From: Macrostomum lignano
Lineage: Eukaryota
DNA length: 60,920 nucleotides
Direction of reading: 5' to 3'
Assembly: GCA_002269645.1 (NCBI GenBank)
Contig: NIVC01000499.1
Coordinates: forward strand, 1 to 60,920
Shown here piece after piece: positions 1-13,124 of this stretch. The notes under the pieces are model-generated. The model did not search any database. It was given only the letters and a program-made list of their open reading frames with translations, and was not told the origin of the DNA. The position numbers and the translations under genes are program-made. The stretch's first letter is position 1. Every line of letters starts with the position of its first letter.

Positions 1-1179
1 CTCCTTTCGCCCTCTCCTCCGCCTCTCTTACCGCCCTCTCATTCAATATACCTATACGACTTTTTGCGCTGCTCAAAATACTCATAGATTTAGACTTTAC
101 GCTTTCTCTATCCTGTCTCTCTGTTTTCCACCTTCTCCTACCCTCTCTCCTTTAATTTTCCTTTATGACCTTCCCGCGCTGCTCAGAAAAAACTTAGGGA
201 GTTAAATAGAAAAAATCAAAGTCATTCACCGTCTCATCTCATTCAGAGGCGTCAATTGCATCTTCGTCGGCGGCTGCGGTGGCAAAAATCACTACGTGTA
301 CAATGTTGGACTCACACTGATGCCCAAACTTCAAGCCGCCGTGAGCTGGTACTGGCATGCGGGACAGAGCTCGAGCTGCAGGCGTGGAAACACTGCTAGG
401 CGATGCGCAGCTCGCATTTAGGACGCGTTTTGAAAGATACTAAGGTTATAGTGGGAGCATATGCATCAATAGATTAATTTCACTAGTATAGGAAGTAACT
501 AGTATACGACTGAAGAGTCAGGAGGGGAAGAATTAATCAGGGCTCGAGAATATGATCATTTTTATTCTTTCTCCCAACCGACAGACGTGATTTCTACGAT
601 TTATGGCGACAACTAAAGGCCTACGCGAGATGAGGTAAAGAACACGGTTGTCGACCAACTTAAGCGTGGCGGCAACAGACTCGTTCGTCAGGTCCATCGG
701 CGAAGGACAGAAAGTGGCGCCGAAGGTAACAATGCAGCAGCTGCACTGACGGCTAGCCCGAGACCTCCCTCAGCCACTGCACCGACAAAACCACAGCTGC
801 TTCTGCGACGTCAGTGCGCCGGCAGTACAGCACCTGCTGCGGCGCAGCTTACAACGCCCTAGGGTAGCGGACGACCTGCTACAGCCACTCAACTGACAGC
901 GCCGTCACGCAGCGCTGGACGACAAATACCAGGTGGGCGGCCGCCGCAGGCGCAGTCAGTCTTGATGTGGGCAGACAGCGAGTCTGCCGAGTAAGATTCG
1001 ACTTCTAACTCTGACTCCGACTGGCATCCGCCCAGGGTTCTTTTAACTAAAGCACCAGGTGCCATGAAAGGGTCTCTAGAAAACAGTGACATTGACAGTG
1101 AATTATAGTTAAATTATTTAAGGCAAGAAAGTGCTGGATGGCGGTTAAAACCACTTCAAGCATGTGCATTCACTCTGAG

Positions 1180-1452
1180 GAAACCCGTTGGCTGCAGAAC
1201 AGTCATAGACATCTGCATCTGCCCACAAGCAGCCACAGCATTCACCCTTTGAAAACCCGCTGGCTGCAGAGTAGCCATAGACTTACTAGTGAGCTGTGTA
1301 AAAATGAGTGCTATTTCTTTGATGGCTGCTCTGCAGCCACAGTGAGTTTTCTCAGAGTGAGTTGCAGGGTGCCGCTGGTCCTGGCCACAGACAGCTGTGG
1401 CGGCGGGCATTCCGAGGATGGCAGATGGCTGCAGAGCAGCCAGCGGGTTTGG
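1180..1452. repeat. Cluster of short self-complementary motifs TGGCTGC-AGA-GCAGCCA in both orientations
   Basis: Variants at ~1188, ~1261, ~1324 (reverse orientation) and ~1425. AAACCCGCTGGCTG (~1252) is mirrored by CAGCCAGCGGGTTT (~1437). Confidence 0.55.
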
Positions 1453-4400
1453 GGGTGTTAAAATACCTTTTCAAATTTTTAGACTGATCTTAGAATGCAC
1501 GATTGGATCTCTCAGAATCGATAATGGAATTTTAAAGTTGGTAGTGTGATCTTACAATTAGTAGTGGGATTTTAAAATCGGTAGTGATATCCTAAAAATT
1601 CCAGCATAATGCACTTATAATACTACTAAGAGTAGAATCAGGAAAGTTGCGCTGCCGAAAACTTTTAATTTTTTTCCTGTCTCCAGTCAGCAGCTTCACT
1701 ATCCTCTTGACTCTCTTTTCTCCAATTCTATTACTCGTTCTACATTATGTTTTATGTACTGTTAATAATCATATATTATATTTTAAGGTACTCTTTACGT
1801 GTTATTTGTATTCTTTCTTTTAATCGCTTTAGTACCTAGTAAGTGTAAAAGTGCTTATTATTGTCATTTATTTGTATCATATAAGAATTTTCATTATAAA
1901 TAAACCGAATGGAAAAAAGATAATAATTGTTCTTATTTCCTTTCTTCCTGAAAATGAGTTGATGATAGGGGATTATCAGTTAAAAGTGCACAATAATTGG
2001 TCATTATACTGTGTAGGTGCAACTACGCTCACAAAAACGAGCTGTGCAACTGTGCTTTAGGGTGGGTCTGCTTAAGCATAATGTGTTCATCATACTGCTA
2101 AGAGTAGAATCAGTGAATTCGCGCAGCCTAAAAATGCTAACTGTACACTCAGCGCCGGGCGCGGCGCCGACTTGGCGAGATAAATGTAGTACTTCGGGCG
2201 CACTGTTGTCCCAAATTGAGCGCCGCCGTCTGCGTACACTTCAGCGCACTAAAAATCTCCACTGGGTTTGACACAATTGTTAAGTTGTATACGTGGCACA
2301 GTCAATAGTAGAAATTTGGTAGCTGGCATGGTTGCTGGGAACCGGTAAGTTCATCCTTCATTAACCTGCAATTTTGCATTTTTAAATTCAAAATAGTTCA
2401 CTTTTCAGAATGAAATTTGTCATCATTTTCAAGTATGATTTTTTGGTTGTATAGATTTCCCCAGAAAGTATACCTCTCCCTAGCGAACTGCAAGAGCGCA
2501 GTAGGCAGGAGTGGCTTGAACTGCGAAATTCAAACATTGATTCCCATAAGTACTTGTAAGCCAAAATAGAAATAAAAATCTTAATTCTGCTCTATACAGG
2601 AACAGATCGCTGGTCATAGTACGCTCGTATGACTACCTACCGACGGGACATTCTGATGTGAGAAGTGGACGCCACTGTGGTTCAATCACGGCAGAGAAGG
2701 TTGCTTGGTGGTTTGGTCACTGCGTCAGATATCTGCCACAGTGCTTGGCTTTTCAGCCCATCAATGGTTAATTTGAATTTGAGAGAATTGCTAATTAGAT
2801 TTACGTGTGAAATTCAAAATTAGACCTGAACATTTCCTGTTTCTAGTTAATTATTTTTTTCTTTTTGTCTACAGTTAAAGTACCACAAAGCTTTGGTATG
2901 GTAACTTGCAACAGGTAGCTTTGGCACAGAAAGGAGATTCTGATCGTACACTGCTCAAATAAAAACTGTACAAATTTGGTACAATTTTGACCACAAGAGA
3001 GCATTTTCTTGAGGTTAGAATTGACCTTCACTTTCAGTTGTTGATAATACGAGTAAAAGGGACTTTGTATGAATTAGATGTCATTTTAGAGATGCTGTCT
3101 ACATCATTAGAGATGATGTTTGCTAGAGCAAACATTCCATGAACATGTACTGATTTCCCGACAGATATTCAGACAGACAATTCAAATAAACAAGTGTTCT
3201 GTTTAACAAAGATGCTCAATGCAAACTGTATTTTAGCCATCTTTTTACGCATTTGTGAGTTTTCTTTTGATTTAAAAGTTTTTGAAAGAAACTTTGAAAC
3301 TTTGAAAGAAGCATGAAAGAAAAAATGTAAAAAACTACGGCTTAGCAACACAAGAAGTTTGCAGTGTTACTACTCTGCTTTTTATGTTTGAAGGGAATTT
3401 TCCAAATTTTATAATGATCGTTTTGAATAGAAAGTAATTTCTACACCTTTACGCCATCTCGGCGACAACAATACGTGTCACACATAATATTGTGTTTCCT
3501 CTAAGGAGATTTTTTTCGTTTAAAGCATGATTGTATACTTCTTGCTCAGCTTTAAGTTAAGAATAGACTCATGCCTCTGCTAAAAATATTTGTTTGTCGT
3601 CAGTTAAATTTCAATGTAAAGCTTACGTATACCTCTGCTTTTAATTGACATTGCGAGCGCTCTTAATCAATCTTTAATTCGAAAAATATTTCAAACACAA
3701 AAGTCTGTCTGCAATAGAATTTTAAAGATCTCAAAATAAATCATGGATTTTTTGTTGCAATATGATGCTGCATATTTTTGTCTTTGAGTCCTAAATATCA
3801 GTTACAATTTTTACGCATGTGTCAATGTGTCAGCGTGTGACTGAAAGTTTGGCTGATACTTAAAAGTAAACTATGTCAACCTGACTATATAGCTGAATTG
3901 AATGTAAAGTTGCATTTACGTATCCCAGAAAGTGTTGACTAAATTATCACTGAATCACATCTTGCAGATTGATAACACAGTTTCACAGGCTCTATTTTCA
4001 TTCCTATTGCCCACAGATTATCGCTATCCGAAACCCATTTTTATTTGTTGCTGATGAACTCAGGCTTTAAAATACATTAAACAATCGAATGGAATTTTTA
4101 ACTTGCGCACCAAAGGTAGTACTTGAGACAATCAGTGATGATGCGTATGAGGAGTCGCAACAAAAAAGTAGTGATCCACAGTCTCCACTGAATGGACTCT
4201 TGTTTGACTCCGAGAATGCATTTAATAATATCGTCACTGGAATGGTCACCTTGAAGCAGTCGGAAATAGAGAAAGTACAACTGAGAGAACATAAAAATGG
4301 ATCACAGTTCTTGTTCAGTAAGGCTGCTCTTAATGAGGCATTATATTTATCCTTGCACAAGCTGTCATCCTGCTACCTACGAATTAGGGGCTAAAATCAC

Positions 4401-4755
4401 AAAATGTCACCATTGTCAACAAAATGTAATAGTAATTTCTGGACTGTTGAGGCATCCTATAAAAACGAGGGTTCTGGTAGAAACCTATAGTTTCATCATG
4501 AAAATTCCAACTCAGAGAATTCATTTATATAAGTGGGATGTAAAAGGAGAGGGACTATTTTGCCACAAAATTGCCAAATTGCCATCATTCTGACAAATAA
4601 CAGTGGCAGAAGAGAATCGCTTCAGATACCTAGTCTCTCATCATGGATTAGGCAGTGCTCACCCAAAACTGATATTTGATGAGGCATTGAAGGGAATATT
4701 AAAACTAATATTTGATTATTAAGTTATCCCCAGACCCAGAATGCCTAACACAAAT

Positions 4756-5283
4756 TGGTGGCAACAGTAAAGGGTCAGAATCTGGTGAAATGCGCAATCA
4801 AACCCAGGCTTTAAATCCCCATCCCTATCTCCAAAGTACAATGGCCGCAGCAGGAATTAATGATGCCCTAGGACTCCTAGCCAAAGAGCTCCGTAACCGT
4901 TTAGAATTAGTCCCCCTTAGACATATGAAGATCCAGAAGATCCAGATGTCCCCAGCCAAGATATTAGAGTCTAGCTCACCACAATTGATCAGCGATTCAA
5001 GAATGAAGGCATTGCTGAAGACCACCGAAAGCAAGAATTGCTCACCAATCTAGACCTAACCACTGTGTTTGCGGCAGTTCGATGCCTTAATCTCCCAGAA
5101 GATCTCTCCTACGAAGAGTTTAAGGAAAGACTAGTAGAAAGTTTTGGAAGAGCAGGAAGTTCCGCTGAATTTCGAGAAGAATTCCGAAACCAAATGCAAG
5201 GTAAAAACAAGTCCACTGATAGCTTTGCTGATGCCCTCATAGAATTATCCTCCCGAGCATTCCCTAATATGGATGCTGACTGA
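4756..5283 (+). pseudogene. gag: Degenerate Ty3/Gypsy relic: PBS-like site plus gag fragment
   Basis: TGGTGGCA at 4756 (complement of a tRNA-Leu-type 3' end TGCCACCA); ATG at 4841. Translation PSQDIRV*LTTIDQRF...KQELLTNLDLTTVFAAVRCLNLP...YEEFKERLVESFGRAG...QQ/MQGKNKSTDSFADALIELSSRAFP aligns by eye with the intact Gag at 24613-25782 (PSQDIHVWLAAFEQRC...KQHLVASLDLATAYPALLSMHLP...YEEVRQRLIERFARHG...QQGKNESAEEYADALRTLGERAYP). Premature stops and a frameshift are present. Confidence 0.75.
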
Positions 5284-6544
5284 GGCTATTACACTGAGGC
5301 CACAATCGCAATGTGCGATTCAGATGTGGATTCTGAGCCACCTTCAGTTAAGACTTTTTATCAAATTTCTTCTGCCTGGCTTTGCTTCGGACATAGACGG
5401 TTTTTTATTGGTAGAGCTTCTTAGCTTGTCTAATCACGTGTATTTAAAGGCTCATAATCCGACTTAACATTCTGTCATGAGCAGGGAACTGGGAGCAGCT
5501 TTCCTCCTGAAATCCATATTTGAACCCACAGCGCCCTTTAAGCATAACCTGGCGTCCCAAAAAGTCCCCCAGAGTTAAAATGGCACTTTTCTGGCGCCAA
5601 CCAAATGACTTGTTTCTTTGCTGGTGGCCCCCCTCGAAGACCCAGAGCAAGAACCTTTGATCGGCCACTGGGCACTAACCTTCCAGAAAACAAAAAATTC
5701 CAAAGACTCTGCCTACTTTTATTACGAGACTAGAATTTTAGCAAAGATATTTCCCCTGAGAGCTGTCCGCCGCTGGGACTCGTGGGTCATTGAGTGCACT
5801 CCTACTTTATTTATGTAATTGACTCACTCGTACGTATATATTGAGCCTAAAGACAGCTTCAAACAGCCTTAAAGACTGCCGTACACTTTTTCGGGCAATG
5901 ATATTCGTATAAGAGTAAGCAAATCTTAAATACGAGCTAGATGTTTACTCTACCTAATTCAACAGGTTCGTTCTGTCCTGTCGAGTCTATCTCAGCTGCG
6001 GCGGCGGCTGCAATTTCTTCTTTCATTATACCTGTGAACAGAAAGAGGAAGGCAGCAGAGGAGGCCTCAAGTTCGAAAAGAGGTAAATCGACTTGCCAGG
6101 ACCTGCCGGACTAAAACCTCACAAGCCTGTCAACGCTGTCCTATTTCCGAAACAAGGCCAACAACCGGCGAGCACTGGCTGATGCCAAGAAGATGCGTGT
6201 AGCAAAACGTCAGCTCAACGCGCAGAAAAAAATACCAAATGGGCAACCCAGCAGAAAAAAATAGCTGAGCGAATGAAAGCCAGTGAATCTGCAAAGGTCT
6301 CTCAAATGTGTTTTATAATGTAATAAATTGGTGAAGATAGAACCAAATAAAAGTAAAGAAATGCTTATTTCGTCTCATTCAGCTATTGCTAGCCTTAAAT
6401 TAACAGTTCCAATTAAGTAAGTTTATGAGCAGAATCTCTTTTGAAAAGGGATTGTTTCGTAGATATCGAGTTAAATTCAGTGCACAGAAAGGAAAGTTGG
6501 GCCCATATATCAGTACTATCATTTATCAGGCGGGGAGGAGAGGG

Positions 6545-6626
6545 GAGACAAGGGGCAGGAGAGAGGAGACAAGGGGCAGGAGAGGAGACAAGGGTCAGGA
6601 GAGGAGACAAGGGGCAGGAGAGGGGG
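6545..6626. repeat. 19-bp minisatellite (GAGACAAGGGGCAGGAGAG), about 4.5 copies
   Basis: GAGACA recurs at 6545, 6564 and onward at the same spacing. Confidence 0.85.
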
Positions 6627-6700
6627 GAACAGTTTTGAAGGATGAAATTTAATTAAAAATTTTAGTGGTCGTACGAAACAAAAAACATGAAGATATCTAA

Positions 6701-6890
6701 GAGCGCCAAAATAAGCCGCAGTGCGCCAAAAAGAGTCGCAGGGCGCCAAAAAGAGCCGCAGGGCGCCAAAAAAGAGCCACAGGGCGCCAAAAAGAGCTGC
6801 AGTGTGCCAAAAAGAACCACCGGGCGCCAAAAAGAGCCGCAGGGCGCTAAAAAGAGCCACAGGGCGCCAAAAAAGCCGCAGGGCGTCAAA
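6701..6890. repeat. 20/21-bp minisatellite (CAGGGCGCCAAAAAGAGCCG), about 9 copies
   Basis: GCGCC recurs at 6703, 6723, 6743, 6763 and onward. Confidence 0.85.
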
Positions 6891-7699
6891 ATGAGTACTA
6901 TAGGGCGGCAGGCGCCTCTATGGCGCTCCTATGAAGTTCCTTCTATGGCGCTCGCGTACAAGGCGCCTCCCAAAGTGGGCCCCAAAAGGGTCCCCCCAAA
7001 ATGGCGCCTCTTTGTGGCGCCCCCCCCCCCAATTATTAGCCCCATTCTTCCCGAAGCAAATGTCTGGATCCGCCACTGGACAGGACATGTAATCGTACAA
7101 ACAAAATTTTAATTCTGCATGCTAAACTCTGCAATGCGCAGTCCCCAATCGAGAAGCTTGCTTTAATTGCATACCGTAATCTATAGCCCTACCGCCCCTA
7201 CCCCCTGCTGAGTTTCTAGAAGCTGGAATGGGCGAATGGCTCAGTGCCATCTCAGCGGGATATACTCGTAATTGACCAAATCGCTGCCCTCTTTGCATGC
7301 TTGCGAAAACGGCTGATTTTCCTGGTGTGAATTAAAGCTCAACCTCAAGTTGAATGAATATCTTGCGGAGGCCTAACTGAATTCAAAGCTAGATCAAGAT
7401 AATATGATAGATAGATCAATAAGCTATATCAAAGGTTTAAAGGATAGGCTAGCCTAGCCGGTAATTATTCAACAAACCTGCTGACGGAAAAAAACTAAAA
7501 CTCCTCGAAATTTCCCCACTGTAAACACTGCAGTGGTCCGCATGGCACGGGACCCCCAAAAGTTAAGCTTCTGTATATTCGGACATGACTAGGTCTATTT
7601 TTTGCATGTTTGCAATACTCTGCTAGACTATATTATACACCTTTATGCTATTCCTCCTATTTAGAAACATAGGCCCAATCACTAGCCAGCTAAAAAAAC

Positions 7700-8490
7700 A
7701 GTGTCTTCTCCATCTCTTCTCCCCATCTCCTCTACGCTGTCTCCTCTTGCTGTCTCTTCCCGTCTTCTCTCCACTCATCTCATTTCCTCTCCTCTCCCCC
7801 ATCTCCTCTCCACCCATCTCCTCTCCGCCGGTCTCCTCTTTCTCTGCCCGTCTCCTCTCCGTCGGTCTCCTCTCCGCTGGTCTCCTCTTCGCCGGTCTCC
7901 TTTCCCCGTCTCCTCTCCGCCGGTCTCCTTTCCCCATCTCCTCTCTGCTTGTCTCCTCTCCGCCGGTCTCCTTTCTCTCCACCCGTCTCCTCTCCCCCGT
8001 CTCCTCTCCTCCGTCTCCTCTCCCCCGTCTCCTCTCCCCCGTCTACTCTCCGCCGGTATCCTCTCCCCCGTCTCCTCTCCGCCTGACTCCTCTCCGCCCG
8101 TCTCCTTTCCCCGGTCTCCTCTCTCTCCACCCGTCTCCTCTCTGTCCGTCTCCTCTCCGTCGGCCTCCTCTCTCTCCGCCCGTCTCCTCTCCACCCGTCT
8201 CCTCTCTTTCCACCTGTCTCCTCTCCGCTGGTCTCCTCTCTGCCCGTCTCTTCTCCGTCGGTCTCCTCTCCTTGTCTCCTCTCCGCCGGTCTCCTCTCCC
8301 TCGTCTCCTTTCCCTAGTTCCTCTCCACCTGTCTCCTCTCCCCCAACTCCTCTCCACCCGTCTCCCCTCCGCCCGTCTCCTCTTCGCCCATCTCCTCTTC
8401 GCCCATTTCCTCTCTGCCCATCTTCTCTCCGCCCGTCTCCTCTCCGCCAGTCTCCTTTCTCTCCCTGACTTCTCTCCGCCCGTCTCAGTG
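7700..8490. repeat. Polypyrimidine/polypurine degenerate tandem repeat (CGTCTCCTCTCC core)
   Basis: About 800 bp made almost only of C/T with recurring GTCTCCTCTC. All long ORFs here are low-complexity artefacts. Confidence 0.9.
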
Positions 8491-9269
8491 AGGTGGCCAG
8501 TAGGTGAAGGTCGGATGGGGAGGCTGGGTCCTGGGCACCGCTAAGAATGCTGTTTTACTATTTACTCTCATATGTACTTCACTTGATCTTACTAGGGCTA
8601 ACAAATTTTAAGTAGGGCCGTTCTCGCTATTTGTGATGATATCTTAAAATTAATCAGCAAATTTTATATGCTAAGTAGACTACTTTTTACAGTTAGTAGT
8701 AGCATATAGAGTTGTACGCACTAATAGAAAATGTTTTTATTTTTTTCCCGATATTTTATACTATGAAAGTCATATTTTTGAAATTTTTAACAACAGAAGG
8801 AAACCAGATGGGCTTGTTGCCACTCTTAGGAAGTAACGCTATATAAGAACATTTTTGTAAGTTATAAGCAAAAAAATACTTACAATAAAAATGCTGCAAC
8901 ATGTTAAACAGTAGACATACAATGGAGGGATATAGATTCATAGATTAACTGTACCTCCCATTACAAAACCAAGGCAAAAATTTTGTTTAAAACCAATAAT
9001 GCAGAGGTACATGTAACATTTATAATGTTTACTTCCCTGTAGCCTGATTTAGCATGCTTATTTGGCTAAAAGCACAGTTTATCTTATGCAATAGAAAAAA
9101 ACAAACTTTGGACAAAATTTTGGGTTGGTAACCTACTTTGAAGAACTAAAATAGGCTCTTCTTCTAAGTCAAATTAGATGAAACAGCACACAAATATAGT
9201 GTAGTAATTTATCTTTCCAGTAATATAAGTTGTAAGCATTATATCTCAAAATAGAAGCTACTAGTATTA

Positions 9270-10500
9270 CACCATTTTACCTCCTATTTTGAACAAAGTC
9301 TTGTTCAAAAGAAACAAGCTGAACTTCAATTCAAACACTTAAAGAAATATCAGCACTTGCGGAACTTCAATTCAAAAAATATCCCTTTCTATTAAAACAG
9401 AAGAACTTTAATTCAGACTGTCTATGGCCAAAATTGTCCCCGAATGATGCGCATGTGCAGATTTGAAATTCAAAAGAAACAAAGTCACATTCTATTTCGA
9501 CAAAGGGATAAAACACAACATATTGACAAACATAAGAGTAAAATGAAAAACAGGAACAAGACAGTGTCAGTTGGCCAACTTGAGACACCTAACCATCAAT
9601 TGCCTGTCCACCAAGGCAGCGAGGGACATATGTAAACACATGGTTGAACCACTCAGTGCACTTGTCCACAGAGATGCAGCCAATGGTTCTGTCCACCATG
9701 CTGTACAGAATTTCTTGCTGATAGGCCGCCATTGACTGATTCCCGTGCTGCTCAGCTGTCGGAGCAATGAAATTTTGCTGGTCTGCTATCAGTTCTCTCT
9801 TCAGAGTGGCTATCCAAGAGGAGATTGAATTCTCCACAGGACTTAAAAATGGACTGTATGGTGGAAGCCGCTTGACCTGAATGGTGTCCAGAATCTTTTA
9901 GGCTGCTTTTCTGCTCTCCCTGACCTCACAATTGTGTATGCTGTTGATCTCTTGACTGCAAGTTGGCGCGCCAGTTCCACAAAGTGATCTTCACAATCAG
10001 CAGCCCTAATGTTATAGTCTCTATCACTGTTGCTTACAATTGTGTATTGCCAAAGCTGCTGTTCCATGATATCTTCATCGAATTCTGCTTCAAATTCACT
10101 GATTCCACCTTCTTCCAGCAATTCATCATCTTATTCAATCTGATCTTCAGCATTCATATCATTTCTTATTGCACAATGATTGTATAGTTATGCAGTATAG
10201 GACAAACAAAAAATTAGATTAATGTACTGAAAATGTATTCATATATGAATGTATTGGCAAAAATCTCTGTCAAAATAGAATGTGACTTTGTTTCTTTTGA
10301 ATTTCAAATCTGTACATGCACGTCATTCGAGGACAATTTTGGCCACAGACAGTCTGAATTGAATTTCTTCTGTTTCAATAGAAAGGGGCTTTGTTTAAAT
10401 TGAAGTTCCGCAAGCACTGATATTTCTTAAAGTGTTTGAATTGAAGTTTGGCTTGTTTCTTTTGAACAAGACTTTGTTCAAAATAGGAGATAAAATGGTA
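9270..10500 (-). mobile_element. Internally deleted IS630/Tc1/mariner-type DNA transposon with ~235-bp TIRs
   Basis: 9270-~9505 is the imperfect reverse complement of ~10265-10500. TA flanks both ends (9268-9269, 10501-10502), with a mismatch at the terminal base. Transposase remnants lie inside. Confidence 0.8.
9589..10121 (-). pseudogene. Tc1/IS630-type transposase remnant (N-terminal HTH fused to C-terminal third-acidic-residue region)
   Basis: HTH-like FVELARQLAVKRSTAYTIVRSGR is followed, in another frame, by QVKRLPPYSPFLSPVENSISSW (LPPYSPxLNPIE motif of DDE_3 transposases) and KCTEWFNHVFTYVPRCL. The central catalytic region is missing (junction ~9890-9900). Confidence 0.75.
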
Positions 10501-11860
10501 TAGTACAATTTAAAACTTTAAAACTAGACATCAAATGCACTATCCAGTTTGAAGATATACTTACATCATTGTCTGGTTTTGGATGAAAAATGGCAATAAT
10601 TTTTTTCTAAACCAAAATACTTGAGTCAACACTTTTCTTAAAGCTGAGAAAGTTTTCTACAACTTTGTTTTTCTTTGGCTGCTATATCTGCAAAATATAA
10701 TTTATAGATTGTTTTATTTTATAAAACATAACTTTCTTGTCTGGCTGATGATGTTTTATCCTAGGAATTTAAAGTAGCCCTACAACATATGCCTTGTTGA
10801 TACCAAATAGCTACTAGGTAGATATTACCTAACAATTGGGGCAAATTAAGATTTTCTATTAGATGGTAAATAGTAGAATTTTTTAAGACTGACTATTACT
10901 AAATGTGGCCAAAAAATGGTCAAGTGTTGGCTAGTTATAAATGGCTAATAAGGGGCCAAAAGTGTTTTGTATTGATCAGCCACTTAAAATTGGCCAATAA
11001 ATGGCTACATAAAGTGGCCAAAAAGGTCAGACTAATAATGGTTAGAATATTCCAAGTCAGACAAATTTCTAGAGGTACGAAGATCATTGTGGATCCCTTG
11101 TGTGTGCCATGATTGTGCACCAAGTTACATCTTGTACTTTTATGTGCAGCAGAATTTTCCGTGGCAACGATTCTGATTGCCAATTTCAATATTTTCGAAT
11201 CCCAAACACTTCTAATCCTGGGATTTAGCAGGCCTAATCGAAATCTTGGGATTGTGTTCTGTTCCCTAGTCACGTGATCCTCGTCCCTCACTAAGTTCCT
11301 TAACTATGAGTATATGAATCTATGATATATTTAAAAAAATTGCAATCCATTCCTGCTTATGATATGCGAAACGAGGTCATTTCTTCTAAATTGAATGAAT
11401 CAGTGAGAAGATACTAAATGCCAAATGGTACAGTACGTTCGATTCAAATTAAACTCGGAAGTTTACCTGAATCCTTTTAAAAATAAAGTGGGAAATTTTA
11501 CTTACCGAAGATTCATCCAGTAAAGAAGGAAGTACAGAAGTATTCAGCCATGGCGGGGCGCCTTAGGACCTTTGTGACGACTCTATGCAGCGGGGCCCCT
11601 AATATGAGGTTGAAAAGGCTGTGGGGCCCACAGGCCCACCCTCAAACCTCAACCCCAGCCCCACCACCCCAATTCCTGTCCAATTCCAAACCCTGGCTGT
11701 GAGGGGGGGGGGGGGGGTTCTGGGGTCAATCGATATTCCGCTGACCGCTGGCCACACTCAGGGACTCCTAAAAATAGCATCACTGGACGGGAAGTTCCAC
11801 ACGCATTTACCTAAGTGTTGCAGCCATTCCAAGCTATTGTGTTGTGTGAGTAACTAACTT

Positions 11861-11963
11861 AACTAGGTTTATCAAGTAGTATGAAGACGTACACGTCTTT
11901 TTGCCACCAGTGAACGGGCTTCTTTTTAGACGTGGGTCTTCATACTACTTGATAAACCTAGTT
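11861..11963. repeat. 103-bp hairpin/MITE-like element with perfect 28-bp inverted repeats
   Basis: AACTAGGTTTATCAAGTAGTATGAAGAC (11861-11888) and its exact reverse complement (11936-11963), plus an inner ACGTCT/AGACGT pair. No clear TSD. Confidence 0.8.
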
Positions 11964-12748
11964 TTGTACCGATGAAAAAGAACTTTGAGAAGCTCAAGAA
12001 AAATGTAAATCTCTACTTCTCCCATTTTCTCTCCTGTCTGTTCTGTTTCCCTCCTCTCTAATCTCTCTCTCTAGTCTCCCCCTCTCCTCTCGCTTCTAGC
12101 TCTCGTCTTATCTCTTATCTCCTCTTAGTCTTATCTCTTCTCTCTCTATTCTCTTTCATTTTCTCTCATCTGATCTGACCCGCAGCCATGAGCTGGAATC
12201 GAATCTTCTATAATAGGCCCTCGAACTTCTCGAAGGCCTCGATCTAAAAAAATTGTCTAATGACTCTAAACTAAAGTATCCAGAGCGTAGCAGGGTTATA
12301 CCACCTCATTAAGCTGGTTGTTTCGGCGCATGATCCTCTTAGCATCAGCTTAAGTGCTTGGAAATGGAAAGTCAGGCCAGTTTTGTGGAACATAAACCTC
12401 GTACTCTCAATCAGATAGTACACTTAAGAATAATAAGATACCCTAAGCCTCTTCTCCATTAACGGAGTTGCAAAGAAAGCTATAAATAGTCTTTCCAAAA
12501 CACTGTACATAGCATAGCTACTTCAGAAGCCGTATCGCTTGACCTTTTAGTCAGGGGGAGGATTGTACACGTAGTGACTTGGAGCTTCCCCCCGCCAAAC
12601 TTTGTACTGGGCTTGCAATTCAAACGTGCAGTTAAAGAGCTAAATTTAATACGAAATTCTAATCACGTGACGCCCGTTTATCGATCTAATTTTCCTTGGT
12701 CTGTGCGCGAAGCAAATGAAGCTCTATTGACGCCTCTCCGGTCCAAGC

Positions 12749-13124
12749 CATAGATAAAGTATACCATAGATTCCACCCCTACCCCCGCGGAGTGTCTAAA
12801 TTGTGACCATCACTTTATTCACTGCGCTCCTATTGGCTGGGCCACGCTATGCACATTGAGTCCACGTGTGTACATTCCCCCAACTCCGCTTTTCTATTAT
12901 CTCCGCTTTAACTGTTGAAACTGGTAAGACATCCTTTCGTTCCGCGCATTAAAGTTATAAAGCTTTCTTGTGTGGAAGGGGTGAGGGAATGAAATCGAAG
13001 GTGTTGAAAGGAAGGCTTTCGCGCCAGCCAATGAGAGCACGGTGAGTTTTATGGTGGTCAAAGTTTGGACACGAGCGTGTGTACATTCTGGGCAGGGGTG
13101 GAATCTATGTATACTTTATCTATG
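12749..13124. mobile_element. 376-bp non-autonomous DNA transposon, P-element-like termini
   Basis: Ends CATAGATAAAGTATA...TATACTTTATCTATG. Degenerate inverted arms of ~90-100 bp include ATTGGCTGG/CCAGCCAAT. Exact 8-bp TSD GTCCAAGC at 12741-12748 and 13125-13132. Confidence 0.85.

Noticed and set aside
236-870. Possible exon fragments (VNCIFVGG...LQAAVSW; EVKNTVVDQLKRGGNRL) faintly like transposon-associated DUF4806 proteins
   Set aside because: Short, with stops, and no consistent splice phases could be established; similarity is too weak without a search.
4040-4080. Hammerhead ribozyme cores (CTGATGA here and at ~10743, ~24615, ~35936)
   Set aside because: No properly placed GAAA and flanking stems were found.
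7623-8544. Long Leu/Ser/Pro or Arg/Gly/Glu ORFs
   Set aside because: Stop-free by composition in the polypyrimidine repeat.
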